A stretch of DNA of 63,220 nt, counting the filler, from Octopus bimaculoides (lineage: Eukaryota), in NCBI RefSeq assembly GCF_001194135.2. It is 6 parts of 5 records of this genome, joined end to end, with 100 filler letters (N's around TTAATTAATTAA, not from the genome) between each part and the next. Parts side by side here need not be neighbours in the genome. Positions count along the whole stretch, not along the records: positions 1 to 11,578 come from NC_068984.1; positions 11,679 to 21,684 come from NC_068984.1; 4 more parts are not named here. One strand, written 5' to 3'. The translations under genes and the position numbers were made by a program. Shown here piece by piece: positions 1 through 13,245 of the stretch; position 1 is the stretch's first letter; each line of letters begins with the position of its first letter. The notes under the pieces were generated by a model. The model was not told the origin of the DNA. It did no database searches and saw only the letters and a program-made list of their open reading frames with translations.

Positions 1-1479
1 ATGTATGTATGTATGTATGTATGTATGTATGTATGTACGTATAGGCAAATTAAAATCATAAATAAATAAAAGTAAAGCAAAAGTGAAAAGGACGTACGCA
101 GTGAATGGGTCCGATCGATGATCGGTTTATGATGGAGAAAAATGTGAAATGTGACGTTTCGAGCAATGCTTTTCATCACTAAGAGGAAAGAATATAGTTC
201 CAGACAGAATTGAAAATAATAGACCGAAGGAAGCAGGTGATGCACATACATTAGTATCTAGCCATCTACCTATCCATTCAGCAAGCTAGCTAAATAGATA
301 GTACATTTATCTGTGTTTGTGATTGTGTACCTTGTGTGTGCATGTGTGAGTATGGGTTTCTAGATTTAAAAGAAAGCTATTTAGGAAATATCGATGTTGA
401 AACTTCTGATATTTCTTTTAGCGAATGTCATGAATGGGAAACACATTTTGAAAAATGTTGAAAACTCAAAAATGATATTTCATATTTTACCATTCAGCGT
501 TAATGTTTCATTTTTATCTAAAATAGTTTACGTCTTTTTATTTAATTTCTTTCTCTGTATATATTTTCACATTCAGATTTTCTTATATATCTTATTTCAT
601 TATATATTTTATAAGTTTTTATCACAAGTTTGCTAAGTTATCCATTTTCACATTAAGTTTATATATGACATTATATTAAGTCGGGATAATTCTGAAATTT
701 CAAACTATCTTGTATAAAAGAAATTAGATGTCATTTTAATGGTATGATTCTATACATTGTAGTGTTTTTATTATTGGAGAGTCATGAGTTGTCTTTAAAA
801 AATACTCTACTTACTGTGTATCCCTTTCCTTTGTCAAATTAACTACTTATAATTATGTCGTTTTTATTTTTGTTCCTACTCCGAATGTGAATCTTATTCT
901 TATAAACCGATGATCAACGCCTCATGGTATGTTTGCGCCGTCATCACGATACCTTCCTGATATTTTAGACACGGATCTCGTCGACAAAGAAACACCTTCA
1001 TGGCTCCATTGTCATCATGTTGTTGTTAAAGAAGTATTAATTACAATTGACAACGAACGACAATCAATGATAATGTTAGTATTCTGATAATTGGCCATAT
1101 CAGTTTTCTATCCTAGTAGAAATAAGAATCTGATACAGTAACAGATATGACCAAACAAATATGCAATTGCTTTTGAAGGTGACGAAATAATTAACCTAAT
1201 CGAAATTTCTGAAACTCCGGAATCTGTATCAATACTGTGCCACTATAATCGTAACTTATATGTATACGTGTTGTCTCAGAGAATACTAAGGTTGTTGGTC
1301 GTAGAAAATTTACATCATCAATGCTTTGTTACGATCTACTGGACATTTGGACTTGTAGTGCAATACAATTTTGACTTAGTGGTATGTGCTTCACATAGAT
1401 ATTACTAAGAATGCGTATTAAAATTATGATCCAATGAGTATATAGTTTAATTGCATGTCATGTGATAACGTGACCGACC

Positions 1480-1700
1480 AGTTTTTCAGACGTTGTTACA
1501 CATCGCTGGTCACAATGCGCTTTGCATCGTTTTAGGCTTCGAATGACGCCACAGAGCTAGCTCGGCGAGCAGGCCAACATTTTATTTCCTACCCGATCAT
1601 AAAGAGGACTGCAACAATTTTCTGAAGAAAACAAAGTGCCACCCCGTCTGGGAATCGATTGTGAGTGCAACAGACTAACTACTAGGACACTAACGTTCGA
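1480..1700 (-). mobile_element. Degenerate tRNA-headed SINE fragment
   Basis: Minus strand TAGTAGTTAG..CGATTCCC resembles A/B boxes. Confidence 0.4.
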
Positions 1701-3487
1701 GTTATTATATTGTTTCAAAGTAACACGTAAATATCCTTAATGAATAAACCATATTTTGTGATACTTCTTTCCTGGTGTTATAATGACATTTTGATAAATA
1801 TAAGAAATCATAAAGTTGACACTGATTGAATTATATGACAAGGCTCTGCAATTTTATGTTCACTGAGAAAACAAGAAGCTGCTAATTACGTTGAAGAAGC
1901 AATGTACGTTTACAGCAAGCGCGGAACTGGAAAAAATTAATTCAGTGGAGTATGTTATCCTCTGTTACCTAGGATTACAGCCTCACTTATTTCTATGGCT
2001 TTTCATTATAACCCTTGAGGTTAAAATATCAACGTTTAAGTGTAGATATTTTTAGAAACACTTATAACCAGACAGCTTGCAGAAAATAACGAATAATTGA
2101 GAATGTCTAAAGCTGGAGGGATCAAAATAACAGTTAGGAGAAATAATAGAGGAAATACGCTTTACCGATGTATAGGAAGAGAGTGGTTCATGACATGTTT
2201 TATTCAGAGTGCAAGTGAAAGATAAAAATGCCTTCAGACATGTAACAGAATGACCGGAAACTAGGAAGTTCGACGCGACAGATATATAATTTATGAGGTG
2301 CAAAGAAGACTCACTAAGAATGAGAACAATTAGTATAAGTGGCCTACATCAATTAGTTTTGAAGATATTTGTAATTGTAATATATAAGTTAAAATTTTAA
2401 CCGGCAGACCAATTTATTGACCATCTTGCAATGTTAGGCTTCTTTTTTATGTATAAGTCAAACCAAGTATTATTTGGAAACAATTTGTAGATACTAGCAG
2501 GTTTATGGAATCATCAGGAGAGATCGCAAGCCATTTTGAGGTCTTCCTCTCGATAACCTTATTGCGCACCTGCTCAATTCCCTGAGATGAGGCCTCACTT
2601 GCTTGATCAGCAGGTTTCCAGGCTTCAGTCAATATTCACCCAGCCATTGTTCATCGTATCTTTTAAATCAAAGCCAGTAGTTTGTTTTTCTTCTCCACTG
2701 TAGCCTGAATGTTGTTTATTTAGATTTATGCTGAAGTGTCAGATACACTGAGGAGATACAGAAACAAGCCTACAAAAAACATGTCACGATATGTACGCCA
2801 TTGTCTTGCGACAAATGAAGATTGCTATTACTAAAACTGAAAACTAGGGAACAAAGAGAAGACCTACAACCAAGAAGCATCCGTTGACATAGGCACAGAG
2901 ACAAAGCTGTACTTGTATCGAGAGATGATACAACTTGGAAATGTGTGCCAAATGGAAAAATACTCGTGGGATAACATTGGGTTTATGAATGCTAGTCATG
3001 ATCTTATGTTCAAAACGACAACCTTCAGAACAAATGGTATGCTTTGTAACAGATCTATTCACTGCATTTAAGCAAAGATTGACAAATTTAAAACCATTAA
3101 CGACGACGACGAGAATGACTATTAATACTACCACGGTTATAATGATTCCGTTTTAAGGTACAAGTGCATGGAAGTTGCTGACTTTGTTTAATATATATAA
3201 CGGTATTATCTAAAACTAGTATATCTTTCAGAATTATTTTATAGTAAACATCAAACATACTACATGTATTTTAGATCATGTTAGACTTCGGATTAAAACG
3301 AAGATAAGTTGTTATATATAAACTTAAAGTTTCTGCCAATAATGCACACACTAACACACACACACACACACACGCATACACACACGCATACACACATTCA
3401 TACACATAAATACACATATATAACATCATCATCATCATGTTCATCATTATCACTACTACTACCACCACAACCAACACCGCCACCACC

Positions 3488-3524
<37 letters not shown>

Positions 3525-3775
3525 GACCTTATATATATATATGTATAAGCAAAAATGTTAGTTCTAAAATCTGTCAAAGAGATCAACGCAGTAATTGTAC
3601 TAACAAGTAATGTTCGTTGCCCCTTCAGCATGGCTGTCAATTCGAACGGACTTTACTGCGATTTTTAATCCCATGAAGACATCTCCTCTAGATGATTAAT
3701 GATGCACAGCTGCATCTGAGATACTGCGAGCAAGGGAGCGAACCCCTCCCACATTCTAACGACGAAACCAGCAGA

Positions 3776-3820
3776 CCAGCAGACTGATTTCGGACTATTT
3801 CTGCCTCTCTTCAGTACTGG
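3776..3820 (-). ncRNA. Minimal type I hammerhead ribozyme candidate
   Basis: CCAGUA CUGAAGA GAGGC-AGAAAUA-GUCC GAAA UCAG UC UGCUGG. Intact core, 6-bp stem I, short stem II, GUC triplet. Confidence 0.6.
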
Positions 3821-3862
3821 GTACCTCGTCTGCTAGAGATGGCAGTAGCTCGCATAGATATA

Positions 3863-4675
3863 TAAAAGAGGGTACCCAAAACAAACCGGAATTTTGCAAT
3901 ATTATTTTATTCAATTAGTTTTACGTGTTTACAATTTTATCGTCTTTAAAGTATTCTCTATTTGAAGTAATGCATTATCCACCATTCGAAGCAGTGATGG
4001 CACTCTTGCAAAGTAATCCCTTTTAACGCCTTCGTCGTTTTTGTTTTTTCACCTCTTCCACATTGTGAATTTCCTAGCACCAGTGTTTTTCACCAGTGAT
4101 GACCTTCGAAAGAAGGTCCGGATCAACATCCATCCTGTTTTTTCTGTTCACGACAAGCATTCAGTCGTAACTGCTTTTCTTCCTCCGTGAGCAAGCGAGG
4201 CTCAAATTTTACTGCAACTCTCTTCATTTGCAATTCCTCCCGCAAAATTCGTTGGCCGGAGCTCTAGGCCACACAAGTCGTATCAACAAGTTTGTCAATA
4301 ATTTGGTGACAGTCCTCCAAGATCAGTTCATGAATTTTCATGATGTTTCATTCGGTCGAGAGGTCGACGGTCACCCTGAAGGAGGTTGGTCTTCAAGCGG
4401 AAAATAGCCATTTCTAAAGCGTGGAAACCACTCCGAAACTTGTGTTTCGCTCATGGCAGCATCCTTGTAAGCTGTTTTAAGCGTCACTACTGTCTCGGCA
4501 GCTGTTGTCCCCAGCAGAAAGCAAACTTTCATGGAAGCACGGTGTTCCTCCGTTTCATCCATCGCAAGAATCAACGAACTGGGGAGATCTATGAAAACAA
4601 AGTGGCACCACCTGGAAGTACGCTTCAGCCGAGGCCACTGGTCGGCGGATTGCTGCTTGAGGGTCACACCAAGTC
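3863..4675 (-). mobile_element. Internally deleted mariner (Tc1/mariner) element
   Basis: Terminal GAGGGTACCCAAAACAAACCGGAATTTTGCA after TA. Transposase from ATG 4562: EHRASMKVCFLLGTTAAETVVTLKTAYKD..EWFPRFRNG..RPS, then KFEPRLLT and KVITGE. It then jumps to the C-terminus (ALKGITLQEC); the catalytic core is missing. Confidence 0.9.
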
Positions 4676-4732
4676 AAAAACATTCGCTCAACTGTTCAAA
4701 TTGCAGTATGATACATATGAATATATATGTGT

Positions 4733-4768
<36 letters not shown>

Positions 4769-4940
4769 NNNNNNNNNNNNNNNNNNNNNNNNNNNNNNNN
4801 NNNNNNNNNNNNNNNNNNNNNNNNNNNNNNNNNNNNNNNNNNNNNNNNNNNNNNNNNNNNNNNNNTATATATAGACATAAACATACATATTCATATCTGT
4901 CATATTTACTGCAAATTGAACAGTTGAGCGAATGTTTTTT
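4676..4940. repeat. Fold-back/MITE-like inverted repeat around a (CT)n tract and a gap
   Basis: AAAAACATTCGCTCAACTGTTCAAATTGCAGTA.. versus ..TACTGCAAATTGAACAGTTGAGCGAATGTTTTT; arms about 55 bp, imperfect. Confidence 0.6.
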
Positions 4941-5878
4941 ATCTAGGAATATACATTTCGACATATCGAAAGTTATCGATGTCAGAATATTATTTGCTGC
5001 TATTATGTAATACAACAGCAAATTCTCTATAATATCGCAACATGTCGGGACTCGATGAAATTTCTATGCAATCTGTTCATTATTACTATTCATCCAACTA
5101 CATAATACGGTTTATCATAAGTGTATATGAGTAAATCATTTTGCCTGATTGGGATTGATCAGGGAAGGAATGAAATGAAATGTTTATGTGCTTAGCAAGA
5201 TTCAGAGTGAATCGGAGCATCGATTACTTCGTGATATGTGTGGCATTGTTAAGTTAGGCATGCTCATTGAATGTCATTTTGTAGGAAACTAAAATATATT
5301 CATTGCACCATGAGCACAGGAAATTGCGTGCATGATTACTGTCACATTATTAAGAAACTGTACCGAAATCAGTTGACGGGTTATTGAAAAGCAAAGGTTA
5401 AATTATGAAAGCGAAATGTGTTCCTTTTACTGGTGCCTATTAGATATATCGTGATATAAACTGAGTCAAGAATCATTTAATAATTTACGACATACGAATT
5501 CACATAAGAAATATGAATAAGCCGATGTTTGTACAACATACGCAATTTTAAAAGATTATTTATAGTCTTTTGAAGTTAATTAAAATGTGTACGTACACAC
5601 GCTGATACATATACAAATATACATATATACATACTAGCAGAAAGACCGCCCTCGAGGCGGTTTTCTGCTAGTCACTCGATAATATTTCCATATTTGATTC
5701 CCAATTCTAATAATTTTTATGTCTAATTATTTCTTTATATAATAGTGTTCACTCCCTTAGTAAATATCGCTTTCATCTCAGTTATAATCTCTCTTGTTTA
5801 AAGAGTCAATTTGTTATATATATATTTATCATTAATAATTTGTAGAACTTACATAGGTGTGATTAGATAGATAGACAA

Positions 5879-5940
<62 letters not shown>

Positions 5941-6191
5941 GGATGGATGGGGGGAGAGATACACCCATACGCGCGCACAAAATTCTGGTGCTGTGAGAAC
6001 ACATGAGAATGGCGTTTCTTTACTTTTTCAAATATACTCAAATTTAAAATGATCTAACATAACGATATCATTCATTCGGCATGTGTTGAAACATGCCAAA
6101 ACAATTTAATTCCACACAAATATATGCTACTTTACATGTAATTTATATGCTAATTCTATTTACTGAAACTTGCTAAAATGCATATTTTACA

Positions 6192-7095
6192 TTAAAGTAT
6201 TATCTCCTTGTAGACACAATTGTCAGTAATCATACTGTTTCCATTAATACCAGCCAATATTTTTACATTAGCCTTCTTTCTAACTCTAGGTAATGCAACA
6301 TACAGCTGACCATGTGAGAAAAATTGTGTTGGAAGATATATTTCAATTTGTTCAAAAGTTTGTCCCAGTGCCTTGTTGCACGTCAAGGCAAAACATGGCT
6401 TGGCAGGAAATTGTTTGCATGTAAATGTGAATGGAAATTCCATTTATTGAGATATATCAGGTATTCTTGGAATAAGCAGAGTTGATCCTGCATAATGACC
6501 AGACGCAACCTACGCCTCAATAACATGGTCATGTAAACTGACAATGATGTAGCGTGTGCTATTGCAATGTTTATTAGTACCATTTAAATTTATCAGAAGA
6601 ATTATGCATCATTTTTGTTCAGTTTGAGAAAGTGTAGTGGAAACCCTGATGGTGTTGATGAACTCGATTGGGTACGAGGTTCATTCTCAAATGTATCTGA
6701 GTTTCTGTATACTTTTAGCTCACCAGTGATCCTGGTCAACAGAAAATCATTCACAGATTGCGCTGCTTCATTTGTTGGAGCAACAATGGTATTATTTGCA
6801 AGCCACACAGGGATTATAAAGTTACTTTTGAGGTAGCATATACAAAATCAAATAGATCTGAAATTGTACCACTTTCAAGGCAAAGGTCATTGGGTAGTTT
6901 GATTTTGAATTCGCCTAGGCTTTGTTTAACAGGAATGTTACCATTTCCTACATCAAGAAGGTAAGTAGCAAACTCTCTTTCAGCATAATGACTTTCTGTA
7001 AGAGGTCTTAGAATGGTCGTCAACTCCACTACTTCCACATCATCGCAAAGAAAAGATCTCTTTAGCGTTGTATCAACAATTTTGTGAGCTGACAC
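6192..7095 (-). pseudogene. Helitron RepHel PIF1-family helicase C-terminal fragment (frameshifted)
   Basis: FATYLLDVGNG; WLANNTIVAPTNE; TPSGFPLHFLKL; KQFPAKPCFALTCNKALGQT; FSHGQLYVALPRV (helicase motifs IV-VI) across several frames. Confidence 0.92.
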
Positions 7096-7485
7096 AATTA
7101 TTTTGAAGTAGAATATTCTCTTATATTATATACCAGTATATTAAAGAATTTTCATTTTATCAAAAAATTCATATAACAAACTCAGGTAACTGATAAGATT
7201 CTTGAAATTGTACCTCGTATCAAAGATATACAGCTATTTTGTGTAAACATGAAATGAAAAGCTCGTATAACTGAAAGCTCGTTAAAAACTATCTCGTTTA
7301 GCGTGCTAGAAATAGCAGTGATCACAAAGATATTATTGTAAGGCTTATAGCGTTCCAAGTAGCCATATCAACAAAGTCACTTTTCCATTAAAAAAAATTA
7401 TATAGCTATATTAAAGAATTTTCATTTAATGAAAGATATACATTTAACAAACTCCGGTAACTGATAATATACTTGATATTGTAAC

Positions 7486-7698
7486 GCGGTGAGCTTGCAG
7501 CAACGATAGCACACCGGGCGAAATGCTTAGCGGTATATCGTCTGTTTACCTTCTGAGTTCAAATTCCGCCGAGGTCGACTTTGCCTTTCATCATTTCGGT
7601 GTCGATAAATTAAGTACCAGTTGCGTACTGGGGTAAATCTAATTGACTGTCCCCCCTCCCTCCTAATTTCGGGCCTTGTGCTTGATTAGAAAAGAATA
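7486..7698 (+). mobile_element. tRNA-derived SINE (family A) inserted in the Helitron subterminal repeat
   Basis: GGTGAGC..GTTCAAATTCCGCCGAGGTCGACTTTGCCTTTCATC..GATAAATTAAGTACCAG. Flanked by an imperfect duplication (CTTGATATTGT / CTTGAAATTGT). Confidence 0.85.
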
Positions 7699-8303
7699 TT
7701 CTTGAAATTGTGCCACGTATCAAAGTTATACAGCTCTTTTGTGTAATAGCATGCATTCGTTCAGCATAAAATCACTTAAAAATTATACGGTATATTAAAA
7801 AATATTAATTATATCAAAAATATTCATTTAACAAACTCCGGAAACTGATAACATTCTTGAAATTGTGCCTCGTATCAAAGCTATGTAGCTATTATTAAAT
7901 TATCATTAATGAAAATAGACGCGAGCGAGAATGAGAGACTGTTGCAAATAAAAACCTAAAATGTTGCCTGCAATGAATTAACAGTGTTTATTATTAAACA
8001 TTAAAATCTACTCCGCAGTGAATGCAAAGCATATTCAAATTTAATAAAGAATTGGACGCAGTGAATGCAATGAATATTTAAATTTGCGAGAAATTGGAAT
8101 TTAAAAAAATCGAAAATATAGGAAATTTCTTAGAACATGAATTTATAGAAATATTTCCACACTGTCAAGCTTTTAATATTGCTTTTATTTAGTACTTTTA
8201 GTAATTGTTACATACCTAATTAATAAGCAGCTTTCTCCATTATAATATAGATATGCTCACACGTCTAGCTAGCTAGAGGGATGGATGTATGTATGGATGG
8301 ATG

Positions 8304-8366
<63 letters not shown>

Positions 8367-8983
8367 GACAGATGTACAAACTGAAGCAAAATTATAAGAG
8401 AGAGACGGATACTTCCCTAACAAAGAAGGTAAGTAGATGCCGAAAACCAAATTTCCGTCAATGAAATACTTGTCTTATTGTAAGGTAACAAGTCAACATT
8501 TTGCTTAAATTCTGTATTGTTTTGTGGTAATTTAGCTAAAGGATAGCTTATGTCTGACATCTTCGGCCTACATCTCTATCGGTTTGCAAACCTATTCATA
8601 TTCAACAATCTAATTCATATCATTCGTATGTATACCCAACAATGATGAATCGATACCACTTTCATTCAACCACAAAAGCGACGGTGTATTACATAAATTA
8701 GACATCATGTGTCGGCAACCTTTTTTAAAGTTCTAGCTCTATACTAATTTGTAGTGAAAATGACATCAATATCTTTTGTAGTCAGTCGTTGATAGTATCT
8801 CATGATGATCAATGGAGTGATTGCGCGTTTAATATATTCGAAATTCACTTTAGTGATGTACAATCTAAGTAAGTGTATATAAATGGGAACATGAATATGT
8901 ATTCGTGGAAAAGACTATAGGTAGCGATATCAATACGTGTTAATAGCTGAAACTCAGTGCTTTTAGATATTATAGACGATCTA

Positions 8984-9021
<38 letters not shown>

Positions 9022-9686
9022 GAGTATGCGAGCACATAACTTCAATATTTTCATGTGTCCTGAGTCATATGTGTGTGTCTATATCTAATTGTATGATTGG
9101 GTATACTTGGTGTGACTAACACTATGATACAGAATATTACATAGACACGTATAACTAGAATTGTGCGCAAGCGCACTCACATGCACACGCACACATAAAC
9201 ACAACATGAAAATGCGGGAACATAACCAAAAACAAAGAACAACGTAACACCATTCCAACGTGACAGAAACATGGAAAACAATACACGGGCATATACGTGC
9301 ACCCATAATTTCATACGCACATATGCACATGCGTACTCGTACACGCATAAAAAACTTCAAACGAATAAAGACATACCATCTTGATCCTGCACAATAACAC
9401 CGATATTCACGGAAATAGGAAGACACCTACTAAAACGACAGTTCCCAATACTTCCCGTCGTCGATTGAGACTTTCTTACACACATACATGCATACATACA
9501 TACATACATGCATGCATACATACATACATAAAGACATGCATACATACATACATACATACATACATACATACATACATACTTAAGTACATATGTATATACA
9601 TATCAATCTACATCTATATCTATACATATATGTATACACATATATGTGTAGGTATGTGTGTGAGAGGAAGAGGGATAGAGAGAGAG

Positions 9687-9733
<47 letters not shown>

Positions 9734-9919
9734 ATGTAGATGTATGTATTGAAAGGTAGGCGTATTAGAACTTGTTTCAAGTCACTAGATGTAATGTCAT
9801 CAATCAATGTCTAGAACTGTTCACAGACCTCCAACACTTTACGCTGCACATTTCTTCCCATACGCCTTTTAGACGACGGTTGCCTGCAGTTGCTGCTGCT
9901 GCTACTACTACTACTACTG

Positions 9920-9962
<43 letters not shown>

Positions 9963-10215
9963 CACTACTACTAGCGTTATATTATATATCAACAACCTTA
10001 GAAACTAATAAATGGATTACAGTGTCATAGAGAATCACTAGCTTCTTGAGCTTTAAGGGTTTATTAATGTTCTTATATGATTTCCCTTGTTTTGTAAATA
10101 TTGTCCATTATCTTCACAAATGCATTCTGTCTCGAGGCAACATAATACAGCGGCATCAGTGGATGTGCGATTAGGACGTCATACAATGTGTTGACAGAAA
10201 TATTGATCTCTCTGT

Positions 10216-10255
<40 letters not shown>

Positions 10256-10516
10256 NNNNNNNNNNNNNNNNNNNNNNNNNNNNNNNNNNNNNNNNNNNNN
10301 NNNNNNNNNNNNNNNNNNNNNNNNNNNNNNNNNNNNNNNNNNNNNNNNNNNNNNNNNNNNNNNNNNNNNNNNNNNNNNNNNNNNNNNNNNNNNNNNNNNN
10401 NNNNNNNNNNNNNNNNNNNNNNNNNNNNNNNNNNNNNNNNNNNNNNNNNNNNNNNNNNNNNNNNNNNNNNNNNNNNNNNNNNNNNNNNNNNNNNNNNNNN
10501 NNNNNNNNNNNNNNNN

Positions 10517-10577
<61 letters not shown>

Positions 10578-10787
10578 TAGTAAAATGTAAGGGATTACCC
10601 CAATACGATTCTCAGTCTGTTCTCAGTTACATATTCAAAGTATGTTATTCAACGGTTAACATATACATCTGATAAAGTTCTCATAAGTTAAGAAATTAGA
10701 GGAATATTCTGTTGGCTAATTCTGAATATATTTCCTTAAACATATAAGATTCCTGCAGTATAAATATTGACAATATTATAAAAAAGA

Positions 10788-11552
10788 ATTACTCTGAAGG
10801 AGCATTAGCAATTACCTTTAGTTCTATAATTATATACCGCCTTTTATGACCAATACATGCTTCAATTGCACCGATTAGAAATCGTTGCAATTGCAACCAT
10901 ACTATAAAACGGCGCAGTCTCTTCGGTTATATCTTAGAGTACTTAAGTCTTTTACATTGGTGGGACATCATTATTTTCATGAGGAGACTGGCAAATCAAT
11001 TGAGTTCCTTTAAAGATAAAAAAAATAAAAGGTCCCAAACGAGTCTTAGCAAATTTGTCTGGTCTTTTAAGGACATTAAAAAGGACTATACGATTAAATT
11101 TGTACTGCAAAACCATACAGATCTGGAACAAATTGAGAGGACCTATGTTAAGAAGAATTTTACAGGATTTTCACACCCAAGGGTTATGTAATATAATCTA
11201 GACAGGAGCAAACATTGAAATGTTTGCACGTCCGTAAATTCACATTTGCGAAGTATAAATGAATAATTATCATTTAGAATATACAACGTTTTGAAATGAT
11301 GGGTTGAAAATGATTATCCGATAAGAACTTTAAAATGAGATTGTCTGCATCTGACTTAACGGACAGCTCTCAACGCAGGGTTTATAAAACAAAATCATTA
11401 AACAGCCATACTGGGGGATATCAATTTAAGACCCTGAAGTGACTGCACCGATTTATAGTTGGATTGCAATTGCAACGATTGTTAATCGGTGCAATTGAAA
11501 CGTGTTGGTCCTAAAAGAATGAAAGGTAATGCTATTCCTTCTTCGGAGTAAT
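10788..11552 (+). mobile_element. 5'-truncated Penelope-like element: inverted pLTR + GIY-YIG remnant + pLTR
   Basis: Arms 10788-10926 and about 11434-11552 are inverted copies. Between them: FYIGGT..RRLANQLSSFKDKK..TSLSKFVWSFKD..KPY, resembling the PLE GIY-YIG C-terminus. Confidence 0.75.
11430..11510 (+). ncRNA. Hammerhead in pLTR (A9U variant), long stem II
   Basis: GACC CUGAAGU ..UGCACCGAUU..AAUCGGUGCA.. GAAAC GU GUU GGUC. The inverted arm has CCGAAGA and ACAUGUA. Confidence 0.6.
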
Positions 11553-11622
11553 CCTAATTTTTAATATATATATATATANNNNNNNNNNNNNNNNNNNNNN
11601 NNNNNNNNNNNNNNNNNNNNNN

Positions 11623-11634
11623 TTAATTAATTAA
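11623..11634. other. Assembly linker TTAATTAATTAA inside N gaps (also 21729-21740, 52106-52117, 57201-57212, 61418-61429)
   Basis: Identical 12-mer with stops in all six frames, centred in N runs five times. Confidence 0.92.
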
Positions 11635-11910
11635 NNNNNNNNNNNNNNNNNNNNNNNNNNNNNNNNNNNNNNNNNNNNATATATATATATATATATATAC
11701 ATATATATGTATGTGTGCGTGTGTGTGTGTTTGTCCTCCTACTAGCGCTTGACAACCGATGTTGGTGTATTTACATCCCCGTAACTTAGAGGTTCGCCAA
11801 AAGGAACAGATAGAATAAGTACTAGGCTTACAAGGAATAAGTCCTGGGGTCGATTTGCATGGCCGCAGTCAAATGACTGAAACAAATAAAATAATAAAAT
11901 AAAGGAATAA

Positions 11911-11946
11911 TTGCAAAATTCCGGTTTCTTTTGGATACCCCTCGTA
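11911..11946. mobile_element. Solo mariner-type terminal inverted repeat
   Basis: TTGCAAAATTCCGGTTTCTTTTGGATACCCCTCGTA is the reverse complement, with a few mismatches, of 3863-3899. Confidence 0.7.
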
Positions 11947-12372
11947 TATATACACATACGAAGAAGAGTACTGATATCTGTTCAAATTTTTGACAAACAA
12001 AGTTTATTCTTTCCGTAATCAAAAAGCAAAGGTTGTTACTACAGACGACTAAAAATTGAGACAGTTTTGAATGTTATTGTTCTTGGTGTAATTGTAGTGT
12101 GCTACTGATGCCTATCGTTCATTGTGCTTGTCAGTTCGGGTCAGTTGCTACCTACCATTTCGGCTATCCTATGGTGTCAGTTAATGCTCTCTCTCTAAGC
12201 TTTCTGGTTAAGTAGCTAAGGTGTGTTGAATTTATACTGATATTTAGGCGTGAAAAACTGGAATTTTTGCTGGAGTCAGTTCTAGGCGAAGTCGTGATTG
12301 GTTAGATTTATTTTTGTTACATAGATAGTATTCTTACGAATCGCGTCATCGAATAATTGCTGAATATTCCCG

Positions 12373-12486
<114 letters not shown>

Positions 12487-12554
12487 CACACAAACGCACA
12501 CATACACACAAACACACATTATACTTCTCAATCTCTATCTTTACCACCACTTCT

Positions 12555-12830
12555 TAATGTTCGGTTCACCATGTTTGCATGAGCAGTCGTGTCTTCTTCA
12601 ACACTACATATTACCCATTGATATAGGCCTTTGTCATCTCATTCCTGAGATGCAATATTTTGAGCATCAGTTTTCACGATTTTATTCTAAGTCATTCTCA
12701 ATTTCTCTCTTTCACAGATTCAAATCATTTTCAGCTGGTGACATTTCCCTAGACAGGTGTTATCCTCCATGCTCATCACATGTCCATGCCAGAAGAGTCT
12801 TCTCTCTTGAAAACTACAGCTGATTCCTCT
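12555..12830 (-). mobile_element. RTE-type LINE 3' end remnant
   Basis: WHGHVMSMEDNTCLGKCHQL resembles the RTE C-terminal RLRWYGHVMRM region. Confidence 0.55.
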
Positions 12831-13039
12831 ACTGTCCAGCTTTCTTCTCAACTTACGTATATGTTAACTTGTGTACATGTTTCAATCTTGAAAGAATCAC
12901 TAAATAAACGGAGAAGACCAAATATTGGTGAAGGAAGGTAGAATTGTTTAGAGATGAAGTAATTCAAAGATACTTATCTAGGTGATAAACATTAAGTTAG
13001 TGTTAATATATTTAATGTATGGAAAAGGTAGCATTTAAG

Positions 13040-13245
13040 TATAATCACCGGTTGAGATTTTAAAAAAATGCAATATCAGTACATAACAATGGAATTCGAA
13101 CTAAAGAATTGTGGTATAATGTACCCGAAAAAAGACAAGTTACAGTCCCCAGCAGGGATATAATTACCTTATAGAGAATTAATTAAACAGATTGAAAAGG
13201 AAGTCTACAAATACCTTGGCGTACTAGAGTTCAACGCAATCATGG
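13040..13245 (+). mobile_element. Dong/R4-like reverse transcriptase fragment (late RT motifs)
   Basis: TMEFELKNCGI..GI*LPYRELIKQIEKEVYKYLGVLE matches the MEFGLDKCA..YKYLGILE pattern. Confidence 0.65.

Larger units (their letters stand above)
5634..8251 (-). mobile_element. Non-autonomous Helitron with both termini, carrying a PIF1 helicase remnant
   Basis: 5' end A|TCTATATTATAAT at 8251. 3' end hairpin (ACCGCC..GGCGGT) plus CTAG|T at 5634. Canonical A/T target site without TSD. Confidence 0.85.

Noticed and set aside
153-179. Hammerhead GUGAUGA..GCUC GAAACGUC (minus strand)
   Set aside because: C3 is mutated and stem I does not pair. Counted only as a relic, as are about 9770, 10120, 12871, 34340, 57541 and 58690.
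2040-3110. Possible Polinton polB (FVDTSRFMESS) or RTE (RGRP) remnants
   Set aside because: Only short isolated motif resemblances. A tblastn/HMM search would be needed.
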